Positions 1 to 10,195 are shown, counted from the stretch's first letter. The stretch: 28,167 bases of DNA from Octopus sinensis (GCF_006345805.1 NW_021836054.1:1-28167), one strand, 5' to 3'. The notes: generated by a model not told the origin, from the letters alone. Numbers and translations are program-made.

Positions 1-118
1 GATAGAATAAGTACTAGGCTTACAAAGAATAAGTCCCGGGGTCGAATTGCTCGACTAAAGGCGGTGCTCCAGCATGGCCGCAGTCAAATGACTGAAACAA
101 GTAAAAGAGTAAAGAGTA
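1..118 (+). mobile_element. 3' part of tRNA-derived SINE family A (cut by the window edge)
   Basis: Near-identical to the 3' end of the full copy at 5121-5527 (GATAGAATAAGTACT...GGCGGTGCTCCAGCATGGCCGCAGTCAAATGACTGAAACAAGTAAAAGAGTA). Confidence 0.9.
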
Positions 119-460
119 TTCATAATTAGTGGTTTCTTATTTATAGTAAACGCTTAAATCGTTCAATGTTTTATTTTAAACCGTTCTACAGGCAAAATAA
201 CTAAAATCGTTAAGACCTACTTCCCTTGTATGTAATACATCGAATAAAAATATTTTATTAATGAAGTTATTTATCCGAAGATAACGTACACGTACAGTGC
301 CTTTTGTAAGACTGATGGAGTTTCTGCAGTTATTGTTGCTGAGCTTGTAGTGGGAATATTCGCACTGATGAGTATTTTTCTAGGGATTTAATTGAATAAA
401 CTTTTGATTATTTAATGTGCATGATAATTTTTTTCATTCTTGCGTCTATAATGCAATATG

Positions 461-1061
461 ATAATGAAATTATTGTATGCAGTGCTCAGGTGCACCACAA
501 CTTGTCAAAAGTGCATATAAAGAATATGCAGTAATGTACAAATGCCTGGAAAGTGAACAGTGTATGAGTCAGATACATACTTGCGTGTGTATGGAGGGCA
601 GAAAATCAGGTGTAGCGTTGGCGAATCTCAGGAAGCATGGAAGTTTTGAAGGATGCAGTGCTCCGACAACTAACAACTGATGCCGGCAGTTTGTTCCATA
701 CTTAAGCAACTCTTAGCGTGAAAAAATGTTTCCAAAAGTCATGGGAGCTGTGCTGTTTTCTGACTTTGTAAACATGTCCACGGGTGTTAGACAGGTGGAG
801 TTTGAAAAGATGCTCAGAGTTATTGTTTGTAAGATGGTTAATAGTTTTATGGGTGTCTTCCAAGTCAGCTGCCAGACGTCGGAATTTAAATGTATCAATG
901 CCCAGGGAAGTAAGGCATTCAGAATATGGCAAATGCTTGATGGAGGGTATTCTCTTGGTTGCACGTCGCTGAACGGTTTCCAGGCGATTAATATACTGGG
1001 CAAGATGGGGATTCCAGACCGATGATGCAAATTCCAGGTGAGGCCGCACCATAGCTATATA
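461..1061 (-). mobile_element. 5'-truncated CR1-clade LINE 3' end (ORF2 C-terminus plus 3' UTR)
   Basis: ORF 702-1052(-) reads VRPHLEFASSVWNP...LETVQRRATKRIP...RRLAADL, matching the CR1/L2-group RT C-terminal pattern VRPxLEY..xVWxP / LExVQRRATK. The 3' UTR and ATT tail match the copy at 16385-17150. Confidence 0.9.
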
Positions 1062-1232
1062 TTTGTAACGAATTGTAATAATGATCTTATTCTATACAAT
1101 GCTTTTCAGGAAAGGGTAATAGAAGTGGGGGACAGAAAACAGTTGTGAGGGAAATGTAGAAAGACAGCAATGAGAACTAAAAGGACATGCACCGTCTACA
1201 GAATAAAATATAAAAAGACAGAAAAGTGAACA

Positions 1233-1335
1233 ATTTATTTTAGCTTTATTTTTTACTAAAGCTTTTCGGTGTAAGATAAATGAAAGTGCTAGGTTTTCAT
1301 TTTTGACGGTTGGTAATTGTCTTGTCTTTTCGTAA
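1233..1335. repeat. ~103-bp direct repeat of 2473-2581 (duplicated piece of the PLE ORF)
   Basis: ATTTATTTTAGCTTTATTTTTTACTAAAGCTTTTCGGTGTAAGATAAAT...GTCTTTTCGTAA occurs at both positions (offset 1240). The second copy has a 6-bp CTTCAT insertion. Confidence 0.9.
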
Positions 1336-2591
1336 TAGAAAAGAAACGAGTACAGAGACATTTTTGGGGGGTGGAAAATGTTAGTCTCCGTATTTCTTGC
1401 TTTGTGTATTTTGATGCAAGAAAGAATGTTTTGTGTAATTGAGCTGTATTGTGTCCTCCTTAATTTCTGAGTGTGTATTGTTTATACACGTCCCTCTCTG
1501 TTGTAAATTACTGTTGTTAGGTACTGTCTTTCAAATAGTATTTATTTTAATAGTTGGAGACTTTTATTCTGAAATTCAAAGTGGAAACTATTACACGTAT
1601 TATTTGTCCTACATTAAATGGTATATTTATTTTGGTATGTTTTGGGTGACAAGAATTAAATAGTAAGTATTGTTTACAGACTGTCGGTTTGTAGGGGATA
1701 GTTGTATCTTTTTTGATGACTTAAGTATACACGCAGGGAAGTGATCAGATTCAGAATCGTGTATTGCTGCTTATATTATCAATTAAGGTTTCCAAATCAT
1801 TACGTAGATCAAATCTGTGGGTTAACGGAATGAAACTGTCATCCAAGTACACATTAAAGTTTTCTTATAGGTTTTTATTGAAGCTAATGCGGTATTTTAG
1901 TGTAGATTATTCATAGATTTGAACTTTTAGCTATACCAGTACAAATTTGGAGTAAGTTGGGGCAACTTTTGTTCCCATCGACGTCCCTAATGTTCTTTCG
2001 TAAACGAAGTCATTCGAGTTGAAAAAAATGATTTTTTAAGATAAAATTAATTTTTTCAGCAATTAGTGTTCTTCTCTCTTCGATGTGGGATTTCATTGGG
2101 AGAAGCTTTCAAGTCGAAAGTCGAGTACGTTAGTAGCTTACTAAATCAAATAGTACAAAAATAGTATTTAACTTTTATTTTTTTTTATTTTTCGGAAAAT
2201 TGTTTAACAGTGCCAAATTATCTCTTATAACGCTTGGTATGTTTCAGAATGGTTTTTAGCAGTATGTCTGTAAAGTTGCTGAGTTTGTACGTTTCACTGT
2301 TTGGGTCCGACTGCAACTGGTTTTAGTTTAAGATCGTTGGAATGTAGTATGTTTCTACATATTGAAATTGATTCTTTGCAAGTGTCGTACATCGTTTTAA
2401 TTTTGTGAATTTCAAGGCATCCGTATAAATGGCTGCTTTTGCATCTCAAATTCGTTAGGTAGTCGCATCCCTATTTATTTTAGCTTTATTTTTTACTAAA
2501 GCTTTTCGGTGTAAGATAAATTAAAGTGCTAGGTTTTCATCTTCATTTTTGACGGTTGGTTATTGTCTTGTCTTTTCGTAACATCACTAGG

Positions 2592-3034
2592 TGAGACAAG
2601 CTGACACTGAATCAGCTTCGCTGACAGGTGACGGTCGTTTAGAAAATGTGCGGGCTAGAACTACGCGCCTTCACTAGTCAGTTAAGGTGAGACAGTGTCA
2701 CGTGACAACTTGCTGGGGCTGCCTGCTGGAGCCTAGCGGCAGGTATTTAAAGGGAAAAGTTTGACAAGTCAGTCAGTCACCGGCTGACACTCGCTGACGA
2801 TACATCGAAGAGGCCAGGGAACAGAAGAAAGAAGAAGAAAGAAGACATGCACCCAACTCCAGAGCTGAAGACACCTCCGAAAGGGGAGGCCCTGTCACGT
2901 CAAAACGGTAGAGGAGTAGGGACCGAAACCGGACGTGGTTCTTCCTGATGATGTCTTGAGCTAACTGGATCCTATAAAGGAGCTGTTGTGGTAGCAGACC
3001 ACGAAACACGGTTGTAATTCCTCCTGTCTTGTAA
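2592..3034 (+). mobile_element. 443-bp LTR-like or pseudo-LTR-like insertion into the PLE ORF
   Basis: Flanked by TAGG (2588-2591 and 3035-3038). Removing it rejoins the PLE peptide between ADKG and the RT (IIPSD..YEK, cf. IL.D...YEK). It starts with TG, ends TAA rather than CA, and is more GC-rich than the flanks. Confidence 0.6.
2696..2778 (+). promoter_or_regulatory. Candidate Pol II core promoter inside the LTR-like cassette
   Basis: Palindromic E-box TGTCACGTGACA (2696-2707), TATA-like TATTTAAA (2744-2751) and initiator-like TCAGTC at 2769 and 2773, placing the TATA 27-31 nt upstream of the Inr A. Confidence 0.5.
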
Positions 3035-3827
3035 TAGGAATAATTTGGTGCTTTTTTTAGTAGTCAATATCCAGAATGAATACAGTACTTCCTTTATCTG
3101 CGTTTTTACTTACGATATGATTGTTGACATTTTAGTCCATGGATGAGTTCCCATTTCTTTCGACTGGGGTTAGATTTCGATTTAAAATGTCACTATATAA
3201 AATCACAAAACTTACCCGATGCTTTCTGTCTCCATTTTATTGAGTTGTAATTAATTTTATTTCCTACTTGATTCGTCATTGTTTCCTGGTCAAATAATTC
3301 TTCTGTTGGACGTAATTTTCGACACAACGAACAGATATCGCCCAGTATTTTATTGACATTACAGTTTTGCGGTATTGGATTGGCTTTTAAACCGCTTGAG
3401 GGGACTTGAATTTGTTATGTCGAAACGGTTTGTATGAAAGACTGATTATCTTTAGTTTCTACATTTGGTTTATAAAATCTGCTGTCGCAAATTTTGTCGA
3501 TTTGATCTTACAGAAAGTAGTTTTGAGCCTGTCATTCAGTTAGTGTTTCTTTTCATTTTTTTTTTTGTTATTCGTAAACCGTTTCTCTGTTTTTATCAAC
3601 ATTTCTCTAGTGTATTCGTTCTTTGGTCTACATAGTGGTTAGTTATTTCTGTGATCGTTTCTTGGATTCAAATTTCCGTTCTTTTGTATGTATTGAAATT
3701 TTTCTATTCTGCGAGATATCCTCCCTTGAGAAAAATAAGCTTTGGATACTTTGGGCTGCTACATTACCTAAATATCCTGGATTCAAAGTAGTTATTTATG
3801 TATATATATATAGTTGGTCTCTGGCTT

Positions 3828-4383
3828 GTGAAGACGCATACCTGAGTGGTTAGAGTATTTTGTTCACGATCGAAAGGTCCTGCGTTCGATTCCTGATTGT
3901 GCGTTTTGTCCTTGAACAAGACAATTTACTTCACGTTGCTCCCGTCCACTCAGCTAGCAAAAATGAGTTGTACCTGTAATTCAGAAGGCCCAACCTTATT
4001 ACATTCTGTGTCATATTCTGTGTCACGTTGAATCTCCCTTAGAACTTAGAGGTGGCAGAAACGTTAGCACACCGGGCGAAATGCGTAGTCGTATTTCGTC
4101 TGCCGTTATGTTCTGAGTTCAAATTCCGCCGAGGTCGACTTTGCCTTTCATTCTTTCGGAGTCGATTAAATAAGTACCAGTTACGCACTGGGGTCGATAT
4201 AATCGACTTAATCCGTTTGTCTGTCCTTGTTTGTCCCCTCTGTGTTTAGCCCCTTGTGGGTAATAAAGAAGTAGGTATACATGTCTGTGGAGTGCTCAGC
4301 CACTTGCACGTTAAGTTTATAAGCAGTCTATTTCGTTGATTGGATCAACTAGAACCCTCGTCGTCGTAACCGACGGAGAACCA
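3828..4383 (+). mobile_element. tRNA-derived SINE family C, interrupted by a SINE-B copy at 4049-4273
   Basis: tRNA-like head (AGTGGTTAGAG...GTTCGATTCC), central GTCCTTGAACAAGACA (CORE-like motif, from memory) and tail ...GTCGTCGTAACCGACGGAG, shared with 4387-4700 and 27109-27438. Confidence 0.85.
4049..4273 (+). mobile_element. SINE family B, single unit with the X-type tail, nested in SINE-C
   Basis: TGGCAGAAACGTTAGC A-box region, GAGTTCAAATTCC B box, core GAGGTCGACTTTGCCTTTCATTCTTTCGGAGTCGAT (Meta/MESC-like, from memory and unverified) and tail ...TAGCCCCTTGTGGGTAATAAAGAA. Confidence 0.9.
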
Positions 4384-4386
4384 GTT

Positions 4387-4700
4387 TTTATGAATATTGT
4401 ACTCACGGTAAGAAGGTCATGAGTTCGGTTTATGGTGACGCGTTGTGTCCTTGAGCGAGACACTTTACTTCACGTTGCTCCAGTCCACTCAGCTAGCAAA
4501 AATGAGATAGTACACGTATTTGAAAAGGGACCAGCCTGTGTCACAATCTGTGTCACACTGAATCTCCCTGAGAACTACGTTAAGGGTACGCCGTAACTGC
4601 AGAGAGCTCAAACACTTCCGCGCTAATTTCACGAGCAGGCTGTTCCATTGATCGGATGAATTGAGACCCACCCACGTCATCATAACCGACACAGTGCCAA
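4387..4700 (+). mobile_element. Second SINE-C copy, head degraded, directly tandem to the first
   Basis: GCGTTGTGTCCTTGAGCGAGACACTTTACTTCACGTTGCTCCAGTCCACTCAGC...TAACCGACACAGTGCCAA, collinear with 3828-4383. Confidence 0.85.
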
Positions 4701-5120
4701 TTGAAGGTCTTTGGCTATTTTCGCAATTTCCAATTCCATTTGTTCGTCAGTTCATTTCAAATCTCCATCAATGGAATTCGCTTTTACTAGTAATATTTTA
4801 ATTCCCATTCTATACATGTCTAGAACTATCTTCTCTCTTGGATTTCTTTGTTACACAGATTCATTATGAATAGGTTTAATTTGTAAATTTTTCCAAGAAA
4901 TCTCAATCGATATTGAAATTAATCTATTTTTCATATATTTTCATATATTTCGTCTTTGTCAATATTTTTTTATGTATACTAAAAAACCAATTCATTGGTT
5001 GTAAGGCTTTCTTTCCAAATATGATTTAATCTATATTTCATTGAATATATTTGCCGTTGCAGATCAATGTTAGTTATTTTCTTATTTTACTATGTGTTCA
5101 GTATAATTACGGTCACTATA

Positions 5121-5291
5121 GGCGCAGGAGTGGCTGTGTGGTAAGTAGCTTGCTAACCAACCACATGGTTCCGGGTTCAGTCCCACTGCGTGGCATCTTG
5201 GGCAAGTGTCTTCTGCTATAGCCCCGGGCCGACCAAAGCCTTGTGAGTGGATTTGGTAGACGGAAACTGAAAGAAGCCTGTCGTATATATG

Positions 5292-5324
<33 letters not shown>

Positions 5325-5527
5325 TTGTGTGTCTGTGTTTGCCCCCCTAGCATTGCTTGACAACCGATGCTGGTTTGTTTACGTCCCCGTCACCTAGCGG
5401 TTCGGCAAAGGAGACCGATAGAATAAGTACTGGGCTTACAAAGAATAAGTCCCGGGGTCGATTTGGTCGACTAAAGGCGGTGCTCCAGCATGGCCGCAGT
5501 CAAATGACTGAAACAAGTAAAAGAGTA
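5121..5527 (+). mobile_element. Full-length tRNA-derived SINE family A
   Basis: A-box TGGCTGTGTGG (5131), B-box-like GGTTCAGTCCC (5174-5184), CTTGGGCAAGTGTCTT core, internal (TA)n(TG)n and a tail identical to 1-118. It may correspond to one of the described octopus SINE families (OK/OR); not verified. Confidence 0.9.
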
Positions 5528-5594
5528 TAGTTTTACATAATTACTTTAAGAATTTATTAACTTCCGCTTCTTGAGTGCTACTTCTTCCCTCGTT

Positions 5595-5777
5595 CATTTC
5601 TTATTTCTTTATTGCCCACAAGGGGCTAAAAACAGGAGGGATGCGGCAAACAAGGACAGACAAACGGATTAAGTCGATTACATCGACCCCAATGCGCAAC
5701 TGGTACTTATTTATTTAATCGAGCCCTAAAGGATGAAAAACAAAGTCGACCTCGGTAGAATTTGAAATCGGCGGACG
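5595..5777 (-). mobile_element. SINE-B copy lacking its head, X-type tail
   Basis: The reverse complement contains AAATTCTACCGAGGTCGACTTTG...GTACCAGTTGCGCATTGGGGTCGATGTAATCGACTTAATCCGTTTGTCTGTCC...GGGCAATAAAGAAATAAGAAAT. Confidence 0.85.
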
Positions 5778-5945
5778 TGTGTGTGTACATGTGTGTGTGC
5801 GCATGTATGTGCATATGTGTGTGCGCGTGCGTGTGTGTTTGTGGGAGTGTGTGTTTGCATGTGTGTGTGTATGCATGTATGTGCATATGTGTGTGTGCGT
5901 GCATGCACGCGCGTGCGTGTGTGTTGGTGGGAGTGTGTGTTTGCA

Positions 5946-5977
<32 letters not shown>

Positions 5978-6089
5978 CATGTATGTGTGCGCATGTGTGT
6001 ATGCGTGCGTGCGTGCATGTGTGTGCATGTGTATGTATGTGTGTATTTATGTGTTTGTATGTGAGTGCATGTGTGTGTGTGTTAATGTA

Positions 6090-6128
<39 letters not shown>
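5778..6128. repeat. Compound (TG)n/(TGCA/TGTA) microsatellite
   Basis: Seen directly. Confidence 0.95.
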
Positions 6129-6131
<3 letters not shown>

Positions 6132-6502
6132 TCCAGGCGTTTGTGAGCTCTACTGACAACACGTAAACTAGTAGAACCGGTTGTTAGACGGTCGGGTTCC
6201 CGAAGACTGGCAGCGTTTAGAAGCTCATCTGGCGAAGAGGTTAACTTTCGACATCCTACAGGACGAAGGGCAACACCTGCCAAAAGGTCGTGTGAAATGT
6301 GAGAAGTAAATAATAATCCAATGATGTATACATCATATACACGCTGGATGTGTATTTTGTCATCAATCACATTCTTTTATCCTTTGGTGTTAGTCCCAGT
6401 TGTCACGAAGTGATTGGTCAACCTACTGTGGAAGCGGAGATAACTCAAATAAACCAAGTGTATATATCTTGTATATTAATTTGACATGCCCTTATATATA
6501 TA

Positions 6503-6605
6503 TACTCTTTTACTCTTTTACTTGTTTCAGTCATTTGACTGCGGCCATGCTGGAGCACCGCCTTTAAGTCGAGCAAATCGACCCCAGGACTTCTTCTTTG
6601 TAAGC
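6503..6605 (-). mobile_element. 3' tail fragment of SINE-A
   Basis: TACTCTTTTACTTGTTTCAGTCATTTGACTGCGGCCATGCTGGAGCACCGCCTTTA is the reverse complement of the SINE-A tail. Confidence 0.9.
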
Positions 6606-6689
6606 TCTAAGTTGAAAAACACTTTTGAATAGAAAATGTCGATACACAACGCACCTACAATCGCTGCTGCTGCTACTACTACTGCTGCT

Positions 6690-7081
6690 TGTTTGTTTGT
6701 TTGTTTGTTTGTTTAGCGAAGCGGTTTTCGTCCCTTTATTGGGAGAAGTCCGAAACGTGGTCCTTTGCTATTCGTAAAACCCACAGAAGAGAAAGCAGGT
6801 CAACCCCCCCCCCCGACACCGGGAGCATCGACGGATGGATGAATGCTCATCCAGGCTCAGCAGTTGCGTAGGAAGTCGGGGGCAAGAAACAGGAAGAGAG
6901 AGTGAGAGAAAATTGGGGCGAAAGAGTACAACAGGGGTCGCCACCACCATCCCCTGCCGGAACCTCGTGGAGCTTTAAGTGCTTTCGCTCAATAAACACA
7001 CACAACGCCCGGTCTTGGAATCGAAACCGCGATACTCCGACCGCGAGTCCGCTGCCCTAACCACTGGGCCATTGCGCCTCC
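6690..7081 (-). mobile_element. tRNA-derived SINE family D with (AAAC)n tail and 12-bp TSD
   Basis: Minus strand starts GGAGGCGCAATGGCCCAGTGGTTAGGGCAGCGGACTCGCGG...GGTTTCGATTCC and ends with an (AAAC)n tail at 6690-6714. ACTACTGCTGCT flanks it at 6678-6689 and 7082-7093. Confidence 0.85.
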
Positions 7082-7116
<35 letters not shown>

Positions 7117-7269
7117 GGTTATATGAGATTTGCTGTATGAGACAGAATACTGAATGAAATAATGAGGAAACACACAACAAGTCTGTTAATGTGATCATTA
7201 TTAACGTTAGACTAATTCTTGCTGTAATTCACGAATGATTTCCTTACACAACACTGAATATTCAAGGAA

Positions 7270-8354
7270 GATGCGTGTGTATGTGTGTGTGTGTAAGTGT
7301 TTGTTCGTATGTGTATACGTATTGTGTATGGATATAGGCACGTATGTGCGTATATATGTGTGTATTTGTATGTATATGTATATGTATATGTATATGTGTG
7401 TATGGATATGTTCGTATATGTGCGTATATGTGCGTATATTTTTTATGTATGTGTATATGTGTGTGTATGGATATAGGCACGTATGTGCGTATGTCTGTGT
7501 ATGTTTGTGCATGTATGTGTATATATGTGTGTGTATGTTTGTGTTTGTATGTGTATACGTGTGTGTATATGTGTGTGTATGTTTGTGTTTGTATGTGTAT
7601 ACGTGTGTGTATATGTGTGTGTATGTTTGTGTATATGTGTGTATATGTTTGTGTTTGCATGTGTATATGTGTGTGTATATGTGTGTGTATGTTTGTGTTT
7701 GTATGTGTATACGTGTGTGTATATGTGTGTGTATGTTTGTGTATATGTGTGTGTATGTTTGTGTTTGCATGTGTATACGTGTGTGTATATGTGTGTGTAT
7801 GTTTGTGTTTGTATGTGTATATGTGTGTGTATGTGTGTGTATGTGTGTGTATATGTGTGTATATGTTTGTGTTTGCATGTGTATACGTGTGTGTATATGT
7901 GTGTGTATGTTTGTGTTTGTATGTGTATACGTGTGTGTATGGATATGTGCGTATGTTTGTGTAGGTATGTTTGTATGTATGAATATGTGTGTGCGTGTGT
8001 GTGTGTGTGGATATGTGCGTATATTTGTGTAGGTATGTTTGTATGTATGTGTATATGTGTGTATGGATATATGCATGTATGATCGTATGTTTATGCATGT
8101 TTGTATATATGTATATGTGTGTGCGTGTGGATATATGCACATATGTGCGTATGTTTGTGTGTGTATGTTTGTATGTATGTGTATGTGTGCGTATGGATAT
8201 GCGCGTATGTTTGTGGGTGTGTATGTATGTGTGTGTGTATGGATATGTGCGTGTATGCATCTGTATGTCAGTGTTATGGAGATTTGTGTATATGTGTGTA
8301 TGTGTACGTATGTGATTTTGTGTATGGATACGTATGTATATATATATATATATA

Positions 8355-8430
<76 letters not shown>

Positions 8431-9688
8431 TGTATGTTATGTATATGACTGTATAAATGGATATGTGTGTGTACATGTATGTATGTCTGTGAGTATGTGC
8501 ATGTATATAGATATATGTGTATACATGTGTATACACCTGTGTATAGGAATTCATGCGTATATGTGTATATATGCGCGTACGTATATATATGTGCGCATAT
8601 GTGTATATATGCGCGTATATGTGTATATATCCGTATATATGTGTATATATGCATGTATATGTATATATGCGCATATATGTGTATATATGCGCGTATGTGT
8701 ATATATGCACGTATATGTATACGCATGTGCACATATGTGTATATATGCGCGCGTATATGTGTATATATGCACGTATATGTATATGTATGTGTACATATGG
8801 TGTATATTCTGCGCATAAGTATATATATGCGCGTATATGTGTATATATGTGTTGTGTATGTTTGTTGTTTTTATTTGTAGTACGTGTGTGTATATGTGTG
8901 TGTGTTTGTGTTTGTATGTGTATACGTGTGTGTATTGTGTGTTTGTATGTTTGTGTATATGTGTGTATATGTTTGTGTTTGCATGTGTCTATGTGTGTAG
9001 TATGTGTGTGTATTGTTTGTGTTTGTATGTGTTACGTGTGTGTATATGTGTGTGTATGTTTGTGTATATGTGTGTGTTATGTTTGTGTTTGCATGTGTAT
9101 ACGTTGTGTATATGTGTGTGTATGTTTGTGTTTGTATGTGTATATGTGTGTGTGTGTGTGTGTATGTGTGTGTATATGTGTGTATATGTTTGTGGTTTGC
9201 ATGTGTATACGTGTGTGTATATATTGTGTGTTTGGTTGTGTTTGTATGTGTATACGTGTGTGTATGGATATGTGCGTATGTTTGTGTAGGTATGTTTGTA
9301 TGTATGAATATGTGTGTGCGTGTGTGTGTGTGTGGATATGTGCGTATATTTGTGTAGGTATGTTTGTATGTATGTGTATATGTTGTATGGATATATGCAT
9401 GTATGATCGTATGTTTGTGCATGTTTGTATATATAGTATAGTGTGTTGCGTGTGGATTATAGCACATATGTGCGTATGTTTGTGTGTGTGTATGTTTTTG
9501 TATTGTGTATGTGTGCGTATGGATATGCGCGTATGTTTTGTGGGTGTGTATGTATGTGTGTGTGTATGGATATGTGCGTGTAATGCATCTGTATGTCAGT
9601 GTTATGGAGATTTGTGTATATGTGTGTATGTGTATGTATGTGATTTTGTGTATGGATATGTATGTATATTATATATATATATATATCT

Positions 9689-9760
<72 letters not shown>

Positions 9761-10195
9761 TGTATGTTATGTATATGACTGTATAAATGGATATGTGTGT
9801 GTACATGTATGTATGTCTGTGAGTATGTGCATGTATATATAGATATTGTGTATACATGTGTATAACACCTGTGTATAGGAATTCATGCGTATATGTGTAT
9901 ATATGCGCGTACGTATATATATGTGCGCATATGTGTATATATGCGCGTATATGTGTATATATCCGTATATATGTGTATATATGCATGTATATGTATATAT
10001 GCGCATATATGTGTATATATGCGCGTATGTGTATATATGCACGTATATGTATACGCATGTGCACATATGTGTATATATGCGCGCGTATATGTGTATATAT
10101 GCACGTATATGTATATGTATGTGTACATATGTGTATATATCTGCGCATAAGTATATATATGCGCGTATATGTGTATATATGTGCGCATAAGTATG

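Larger units (their letters stand above)
1336..3460 (-). pseudogene. Decayed Penelope-like element (PLE) ORF: N-terminal region, reverse transcriptase and thumb; no GIY-YIG endonuclease seen; interrupted at 2592-3034
   Basis: Manual minus-strand translation gives PLE motifs in the expected order: IISLSYKP (~3426-3452), SGLKANPIP...CRKLRPTE, ADKG (3090-3101), LYGCLEIHK (2402-2428; cf. FYGLPKIHK), DLKLKPV, SNFTDILLK, TFDL...IPH (~2110), GTSMGTKVAPTY (1970-1987), YLDD (1838-1849), YKPT..KQYLLFNSCHPKHTKINIP (~1620-1695). It has many stops and frameshifts and may extend to ~3800. Confidence 0.85.

Noticed and set aside
365-371. Isolated CTGATGA motifs here and at 26002-26008 (minus)
   Set aside because: There is no correctly placed stem II plus GAAA; such motifs are expected by chance.
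726-1025. 99-aa ORF MFPKVMGAVLFSDF..., repeated at 16572-16871
   Set aside because: It is the antisense frame of the CR1 fragment, so its recurrence just reflects two CR1 copies.
1140-1232. GIY-YIG-like peptide (TCTVYRIKYKK) as an inverted PLE endonuclease
   Set aside because: It is too short, lacks the YIG motif and has stops on both sides.
6745-6815. HDV-like ribozyme in the SINE-D tail (GACCTGC pairing with GTGGGTT)
   Set aside because: Only 10 nt separate the two strands, too few for P2, P3 and L3, and no nested pseudoknot could be built.
3828-7081. tRNA genes
   Set aside because: The A/B boxes belong to SINE heads that continue into repeat bodies; no complete cloverleaf with acceptor stem was found.
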